A stretch of DNA of 32,000 nt from Sulfolobus acidocaldarius SUSAZ (lineage in GTDB: Archaea > Thermoproteota > Thermoprotei_A > Sulfolobales > Sulfolobaceae), in assembly GCA_000508305.1 (NCBI GenBank), contig CP006977.1:496621-528620 (forward strand), given 5' to 3'. The position numbers and the translations under genes were made by a program. Shown here one piece after another: positions 25,454-32,000 of this stretch (positions are counted from its first letter, which is position 1; each line of letters opens with the position of its first letter). The notes below the pieces were generated by a model. The model saw only the letters and a program-made list of their open reading frames with translations. It ran no database searches and was not told where the DNA came from.

Positions 25454-26812
25454 TTATACGTATGTGTTAAGAATTTCTTCTGCATAAGAAATTGCTCTCT
25501 CTATTAATTTTTCATATTCTCCTAGATATTTTGAGGGATTTAGAACTTCTTTAATTTTATTTTCATCACCTATTATTTTCATAACCGTTTCGTTTTCTTT
25601 GGCAACTTCCAATAATGACTTTCCTGTATTTGAGGCTATTCGTGATAACTCCATAGTCAATTCATGAGCTTTATGTCTTGGCATACCATTTAATGTTAAA
25701 TTTATCATTAAACTTTCCGCCATAGTGAGACCTTTGCTTAGCGAAAGATTCTTTTGCATCTGATCTTGATTCACGACCAAGTTCTTTAAAATTTTTAACA
25801 TGCTATCTAGCATTTCATCTATAATTAAAAACGAATGCGATATTATTATCCTTTCAGAAGAACTATTAGTCAAATCCCTCTCGTGCCACAGGGGTATATT
25901 TTCCATCTCGGAGATTACTAAACCTCTAAGTACTTTAGCTAGACCACTTATTTTCTCTGCATTTACAGGATTCTCCTTCTGAGGCATTGTACTACTTCCG
26001 ACTCTTTTTGAAGCGTCTCCTTCCGCTAACTCTCTAATTTCAGGTCTCATTAACTCTCTAAGTTCTAATGCAAACCTATCGAGTTGAGAACCAAGTATTG
26101 CCAAATCAGAAATAAGTTCAGCAAAACCATCTCTAGGCGTTACCTGAGTGGTTATTAGATGATTTGGTATTCCTAATCTTTCTGATACATATTTTTCTAT
26201 AGTAGTTCCATGTCCCTTCCAAGCCGCCATAGTACCTACCGCACCAGCCATCTTTATTCTAACAACTCTTTTTTCTAGCTCATAAATTCTCTCTAACGAC
26301 CTTGAATACTCATAAACATAATTAGCAAATTTAAATCCTAGAGTTATGGGCAATGCATGTTGTCCATGAGTTCTACCTACCATTATTGTATCTTTATATT
26401 TCCTACTATATTCGATAAGTATAACTATTATATCTCGTAGTTTTTTCTTTACAATTTTTAATGCTTTTTTTACAATTATTGCATTAGCAGTGTCAATAAT
26501 GTCATTACTCGTAGCACCAAAATGTATGAAATCTCCAGCTTCTCCAGATAATTCTGCCATGTGAACTGTTAAAGCCATAACATCATGACCCAGCTTTCTC
26601 TCTAATTCATCAACTCTATTCAAGTCTATTTTATCTATTATATCTTCTACTTTTTTAACGTCAGTTTCTTTAATTAATCCTAGTTTACTTAATGCATATA
26701 ATAGGGCTATTTCTACTTCAGCCATAGTTTTTACGATATTTTTTCTGCTAAATAATTGTCTCATTTCTTTACTACCATATCTCCATTCCAATACACAGAT
26801 GTCGTGGTCCAC
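25454..26812 (-). CDS. purB: Adenylosuccinate lyase.
   Basis: 452 aa with the fumarate-lyase signature [17 protein letters not shown]. The N-terminus [13 protein letters not shown] is typical of PurB. The start is GTG at 26812. Confidence 0.93.
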   Translation of the reverse strand: MDHDICVLEWRYGSKEMRQLFSRKNIVKTMAEVEIALLYALSKLGLIKETDVKKVEDIIDKIDLNRVDELERKLGHDVMALTVHMAELSGEAGDFIHFGATSNDIIDTANAIIVKKALKIVKKKLRDIIVILIEYSRKYKDTIMVGRTHGQHALPITLGFKFANYVYEYSRSLERIYELEKRVVRIKMAGAVGTMAAWKGHGTTIEKYVSERLGIPNHLITTQVTPRDGFAELISDLAILGSQLDRFALELRELMRPEIRELAEGDASKRVGSSTMPQKENPVNAEKISGLAKVLRGLVISEMENIPLWHERDLTNSSSERIIISHSFLIIDEMLDSMLKILKNLVVNQDQMQKNLSLSKGLTMAESLMINLTLNGMPRHKAHELTMELSRIASNTGKSLLEVAKENETVMKIIGDENKIKEVLNPSKYLGEYEKLIERAISYAEEILNTYV

Positions 26813-26853
26813 GCATAATAAATTATATTTACAATAAATAAATATAAGCTGTT
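26813..26853. promoter_or_regulatory. Compact 41-bp bidirectional promoter for purB (-) and purP1 (+).
   Basis: The spacer sequence is gcataataaattatatttacaataaataaatataagctgtt. It holds AT boxes for both directions: AAATAAATATAAG before the ATG at 26854, and the minus-strand CTTATATTTA about 27 nt before the GTG at 26812. There is no room for leaders or Shine-Dalgarno motifs. Confidence 0.5.
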
Positions 26854-27851
<998 letters not shown>

Positions 27852-27855
<4 letters not shown>

Positions 27856-28901
27856 GTTTGAAAATTGCAACATTAGCTAGTCATTCAGCATTGGACGTTT
27901 TTGATGGAGCTAAAGATGAAGGATTTGAAACTATAGCTTTATGTAAAAAAGGAAGGGAGAGAGCTTACCTGGAATTTAAGAGAATTGTAGATAGATGTAT
28001 CTTGCTGGAGGATTTTAAAGAAATATCGTCAGAAAAAATAGACAATTTACTTGTAGAAAATAATGCAATTATGGTTCCAAATAGAAGTTTAGCAGTATAT
28101 GTGGGTTATGATAACTTAGAAAAAATGAAAACAAAATTTTTTGGTAATAGAAAAATTCTGAGGTGGGAAGAAAGACTTGGAAATAAGAATTACTACAAGA
28201 TATTAGATCATGCTAAGATAAAAAGACCTAAGATATTTAAAGCTGAAGAGGTTAACGTTCCTGTAATAGTTAAATTACCTGAAGCCAAAAGGCGCGTAGA
28301 AAGAGGATTCTTTATAGCGGCAAATAGGAAGGACTTTGAAGAGAAACTTAATACTCTGTTGAAAGTGGGAATAATAGACGATGAGGCAATAAAAAGCATG
28401 ATAATAGAAGAATATATACTAGGTGCTCATTTTAATTTAAATTATTTCTACAGTCCTTTGCATGAAAGAGTAGAACTAATAAGTATTGATAGAAGAATAC
28501 AAAGTGATCTTGATACCTTTTACCGATTACCTGCAGAAATACAGATAAAGCTATCAAGATTACCTAGATATATTGAGGTTGGTCATGAACCAGCCACAAT
28601 TAGAGAAAGTTTATTGGAAAAAGTATTTGAAATAGGATATTCCTTTGTAAATGCTACAAAAACACTGGAACCGCCAGGCATAATTGGTCCCTTCACATTA
28701 CAGGCAATGGCTACACCTGAACTCGATCTAGTAGTATTTGATGTTGCACCTAGAATAGGTGGAGGAACTAATGCATTTATGGGTATAGGAAGTCAATATT
28801 CTAAATTATATTTTGGAAGACCTGTAAGTTTAGGTAGAAGGATAGCAATGGAAATTAAAGAGGCTATAACTTGTAATAGTCTAGAATTGATAACGTCTTA
28901 G
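27852..28901 (+). CDS. PurP-family ATP-grasp paralogue, divergent; function uncertain.
   Basis: 349 aa and colinear with the upstream PurP ([21 protein letters not shown]; [12 protein letters not shown]; ESLLEKVF...PPGIIGPF). The Gly-rich loop is replaced by [15 protein letters not shown]. The ATG overlaps the purP1 stop as ATGA. Confidence 0.75.
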
Positions 28902-28918
28902 TATTTATAATTATGAAT
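28901..28918. repeat. Copy 1 of an 18-bp direct repeat, GTATTTATAATTATGAAT.
   Basis: Read directly. It is identical to 28958-28975 and its first base overlaps the purP2 stop codon. Confidence 0.85.
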
Positions 28919-28957
28919 TAGCCTTTCCCTTTATATATAATTCATTAATAAAACAAC

Positions 28958-28975
28958 GTATTTATAATTATGAAT
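28958..28975. repeat. Copy 2 of the 18-bp direct repeat, GTATTTATAATTATGAAT.
   Basis: Read directly. It lies 57 bp downstream of copy 1 and 13 bp upstream of the purA TATA box TTTATATA (28989-28996). Confidence 0.85.
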
Positions 28976-29029
28976 GCAGTTAGACAAAGTTTATATATTC
29001 ACACTCAAGAGTAATCAAAACGGTGCCTG

Positions 29030-30043
29030 ATGTTAAGCGTAGTAGTAGGCGGTTTTTTTGGAGATGAAGGAAAAGGTAAAATTGTTGCCTATTTAGGTCT
29101 TAAGGATTCTCCAAGTATTGGAGTAAGAACAGGTTCTATAAATGCGGGACATACTGTAACTTATAATGGGAGACAGTGGAAAGTAAGAATAATTCCCTCT
29201 CTATTTGTTAACAAGAATGTTAAATTATTTCTAGCTCCAGGTGCACTTACTTCTATCAATCTGCTGTTTAATGAGGCTAAAGAAACTGATAGTTTAGATA
29301 GATTATACATAGATCCACATGTAGGTATAATAACAGATGAAGAAATAAAGGAAGAGAGAAGTGACGAATATTTAATAAAAAATATAGGTAGTACAGGGCA
29401 GGGAGTAGGCTATGCTGAAGCAAAAAGAGTTTTGAGAAAATTAAAACTTGCCAAGGATTATAGAGAACTTGAGAAATATTTAATAAATGTGCCTGAGGAA
29501 TTGTTACTAGGTATAGAAAGAGGAGATAACATACTGGTTGAAGGTACTCAGGGTACTTTTCTGAGCTTATATCATGGCGAATATCCTTATACCACAAGTA
29601 GAAATACTACTGCTTCAGGAATATTAAGTGAAGCAGGAATAGGACCAAAATACGTCGATGAAATAATTGTAGTTTTCAAATCTTATGTAACTAGAGTAGG
29701 AGAGGGACCACTAGAAGGTGAAATTAGCTGGGAGGAAGCCCAGAAAATGGGAATAGCTGAAGTTGCAACAGTAACCGGAAGAAAAAGAAGAAGTGCACCA
29801 TTTAATGTAAAGCTTGCTAAGGAATCGCTTAAAATAAACTCTGCAACACAAATAGCAATAACTAAACTTGATACAATATTTAAGGATGCTAAAGGTGTAA
29901 GGGAATATCAAAAACTACCATCAAATGCAAAGAAATGGATTGAGGAATTAGAGATAGAGTTGAAAGTTCCTATTACACTAATAGGAACAGGTGAAGATGC
30001 CTTAGATGTAATAGATCTAAGGACCGAGAAAATAGGTGAGTGA
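29030..30043 (+). CDS. purA: Adenylosuccinate synthetase, short archaeal form.
   Basis: 337 aa with the P-loop [13 protein letters not shown], plus [14 protein letters not shown] and ITKLD. A GGTG Shine-Dalgarno lies 5 nt upstream of the ATG. Confidence 0.93.
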   Translation: MLSVVVGGFFGDEGKGKIVAYLGLKDSPSIGVRTGSINAGHTVTYNGRQWKVRIIPSLFVNKNVKLFLAPGALTSINLLFNEAKETDSLDRLYIDPHVGIITDEEIKEERSDEYLIKNIGSTGQGVGYAEAKRVLRKLKLAKDYRELEKYLINVPEELLLGIERGDNILVEGTQGTFLSLYHGEYPYTTSRNTTASGILSEAGIGPKYVDEIIVVFKSYVTRVGEGPLEGEISWEEAQKMGIAEVATVTGRKRRSAPFNVKLAKESLKINSATQIAITKLDTIFKDAKGVREYQKLPSNAKKWIEELEIELKVPITLIGTGEDALDVIDLRTEKIGE

Positions 30044-31449
30044 ACGTGTTATATGATGTAGTAATAATAGGAGCTGGTCCTGCTGGATTATTAGCCGCAT
30101 ATGAATTTACTACATTCAATACAAAAGAACGTCTGAAAGTGTTATTAGTAGATAAAGGACTTAGAGCATTGAGAAGAACTTGTCCGTTGTTAACACCAAA
30201 AGAGAAATGTACTTTCTGTGAACCATGTAATATAACCTACGGTATAGGTGGAGCAGGGGCTTACAGTAGCGGTATAATAAATCTAAGACCTGATGTAGGT
30301 GGAGAGCTTCATGAAATAATGAGAAGCTGGGATAAAGCACAAGAATTGATAAATTATGTTGACGATATACTAGTCAAGTTTGGAGCACCGAAAGATAGAT
30401 TATTTGAACCAAATATGGAAAGAACTAGGGAAATTCAAAAAAGAGCTGCGAAAGTTGGAGCTGAATTTGTTCCAATAAGGCAAAGACATATAGGAACTGA
30501 TAAGACTCCTATGGTTATAGAAAACATTCAAAAATACATAGAAAATAACGGCATAAATGTAGCAGAGTTAACAGAGGTTTTTGAAATACAGAAAAAAGCA
30601 GATCATTTTGTACTAAAAACGAATAGAAAAGAGGAAATTGAGGCTAAAACAATACTAGCTGCACCCGGTAGAGCAGGTGCTAAATGGTTCTTAGATCAGG
30701 CTAAAAAGTTAGGAGTCGACATGGCACCGGGACCCTTAGATATAGGAGTAAGAGTAGAAGTAGAGGCATTTGTTATGGAAGAACTAACAAGTGCGGTATG
30801 GGATCCAAAAGTAATTCTATATTCTAAGAAGTATGATGATAAAGTAAGAACATTTTGCGTAAACCCTAGAGGATTTATAATGAAAGAAGTATATGACGAT
30901 AGAACAATAGGTGTTAATGGACAAACTTTTGCAGATAAGAAAAGTAACAACACTAATTTCGCCTTTCTAACCACAATTAAATTGTCAGATCCTTTAGAAG
31001 ATACAGTAGAATATGGAAAAAGTATAGCAAGACTTATGACCAGATTAGGAGGAGAAAAACCGATAATACAACGATTAATAGACTTTGAAAAAGGCAGAAG
31101 AAGTACATGGGAAAGAATAAGCAGATCCACAGTAAAACCTACATTGAGAGAAGTAACCCCAGGTGATATTAGTATGGGTCTTCCTTATAGAGTAGTCAGT
31201 AACCTAATAGAGGGATTAGAGAGATTAGATAATATAGCTCCTGGAATGTACTCCTCGAATACATTGCTTTATGCACCTGAAATAAAATATTACAGTATGA
31301 AAGCCGTAGTAGATAGTAATATGGAAACCGTAGTAGACAATTTATTTGTGGCTGGAGACGGCGTGGGACTCTCAAGAGGTATTAATATTGCAGCAGCTAC
31401 CGGCATTCTTGCAGCCAGAGGCATAGGAAGAAAACTAGGTTTATTATGA
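30040..31449 (+). CDS. FAD/NAD(P)-binding oxidoreductase with an N-terminal Cys cluster; belongs to a family of uncharacterised FAD-dependent dehydrogenases.
   Basis: A Rossmann GxGxxG motif ([14 protein letters not shown]) is followed by C-x8-C-x2-C-x2-C ([16 protein letters not shown]) and then [11 protein letters not shown]. The start is GTG at 30040 (overlapping the purA stop) or, more likely, the GTG at 30046, which lies 6 nt after the GGTGA at 30035-30039. Confidence 0.7.
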   Translation: MNVLYDVVIIGAGPAGLLAAYEFTTFNTKERLKVLLVDKGLRALRRTCPLLTPKEKCTFCEPCNITYGIGGAGAYSSGIINLRPDVGGELHEIMRSWDKAQELINYVDDILVKFGAPKDRLFEPNMERTREIQKRAAKVGAEFVPIRQRHIGTDKTPMVIENIQKYIENNGINVAELTEVFEIQKKADHFVLKTNRKEEIEAKTILAAPGRAGAKWFLDQAKKLGVDMAPGPLDIGVRVEVEAFVMEELTSAVWDPKVILYSKKYDDKVRTFCVNPRGFIMKEVYDDRTIGVNGQTFADKKSNNTNFAFLTTIKLSDPLEDTVEYGKSIARLMTRLGGEKPIIQRLIDFEKGRRSTWERISRSTVKPTLREVTPGDISMGLPYRVVSNLIEGLERLDNIAPGMYSSNTLLYAPEIKYYSMKAVVDSNMETVVDNLFVAGDGVGLSRGINIAAATGILAARGIGRKLGLL

Positions 31450-31486
31450 AAACTATTTTTTAGTTTCTTTACTCTGATGTATTATT

Positions 31487-32000
31487 ATGAGTTTAGATAA
31501 AACAGATTTGCAACTTATAATGGAGCTAGAGTACAATTTTCCTGTAGACGAAAGACCATTTGCAAAAATTGGAGAAAAATTAGGTTTATCTGAAGAGCTT
31601 GTATTAGAAAGAATTAAAAGACTTAAGCATCTAGAAATTATAAAAAGAATTGGCATGTATATTAGTTTTAGAGCTAAAGGCATGGAGGGAGCATTAATAG
31701 CATCTAATATACCATTAGAACAGATAGAAAAATTTCGAAAAATTGCACTTGAAATAAAGGAACTGACTCATAACTTTGTAAGAAATCATCCTAGATATAA
31801 TATATGGTACGTATTAAAGGCTGAAAATAAGGAAAAACTAAATGAAAAAATTCGTCTTTTAATGAATCAAGTTAATTGCAACGATTACGTAATATTGTAT
31901 TCAAAGAAGACGCTTAAACTAAGCGTAAAATATGATGTATTAAGAGGAATCTCTTATAGTGAAAATGACAGTCTGAGAGAAAAAGTACCCACTGCAGATG
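31487..32000 (+). CDS. Lrp/AsnC-like siroheme decarboxylase subunit (AhbA/AhbB, NirD/L/G/H family). The 3' end runs off the window.
   Basis: The ORF is open at the window edge, so I translated it by hand: MSLDKTDLQLIMELEYNFPVDERPFAKIGEKLGLSEELVLERIKRLKHLEIIKRIG...ELTHNFVRNHPRYNIWYVLKA. The pattern of HTH, then FP-x-x-ERPF, then a V/SHNY-like motif, is characteristic of AhbA/B. The first ATG follows an in-frame TGA at 31475-31477. Confidence 0.6.
   Translation, partial: MSLDKTDLQLIMELEYNFPVDERPFAKIGEKLGLSEELVLERIKRLKHLEIIKRIGMYISFRAKGMEGALIASNIPLEQIEKFRKIALEIKELTHNFVRNHPRYNIWYVLKAENKEKLNEKIRLLMNQVNCNDYVILYSKKTLKLSVKYDVLRGISYSENDSLREKVPTAD

Overview
This window looks like a densely packed, AT-rich core-chromosome segment of a Sulfolobaceae crenarchaeon. 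The gene order and protein sequences resemble the classical Sulfolobus acidocaldarius RNA-polymerase/str region; that assignment is from memory and no search was run.

Gene content from left to right:
- ABCE1/RLI (3' end cut by the window edge), preceded by a tiny hyper-acidic micro-ORF.
- tRNA-Arg(CCG), an MFS transporter flanked by unusually long spacers, and tRNA-Ser(GGA).
- S10, EF-1alpha and S7.
- An oppositely oriented DUF151/bifunctional-nuclease-like gene.
- S12, NusA, L30e, RpoA'', RpoA', RpoB and RpoH.
- aIF5B, NDK, L24e, S28e, UPRTase and GatB.
- An HTH-phosphoribosyltransferase fusion co-transcribed with a metal-ligand-less metallo-beta-lactamase-fold protein.
- A large multi-cluster radical-SAM enzyme, probably the tetraether lipid synthase family.
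- A ThiL-like gene and an intron-containing tRNA-Thr(CGU).
- A purine block (purB, two tandem purP paralogues, purA), a purA-coupled FAD/Cys-cluster protein, and the 5' part of an AhbA/B-like gene.

I see no CRISPR array, transposase, integrase, toxin-antitoxin pair or recognisable defence system.

The items most worth a second look are modest:
- the HTH-PRT plus pseudo-MBL pair;
- the DSS1-like acidic micro-ORF;
- the divergent second PurP;
- the purA-coupled flavoprotein;
- a duplicated promoter module upstream of purA.

Several ORF-track starts appear over-extended when judged by GGTGA-type Shine-Dalgarno positions.
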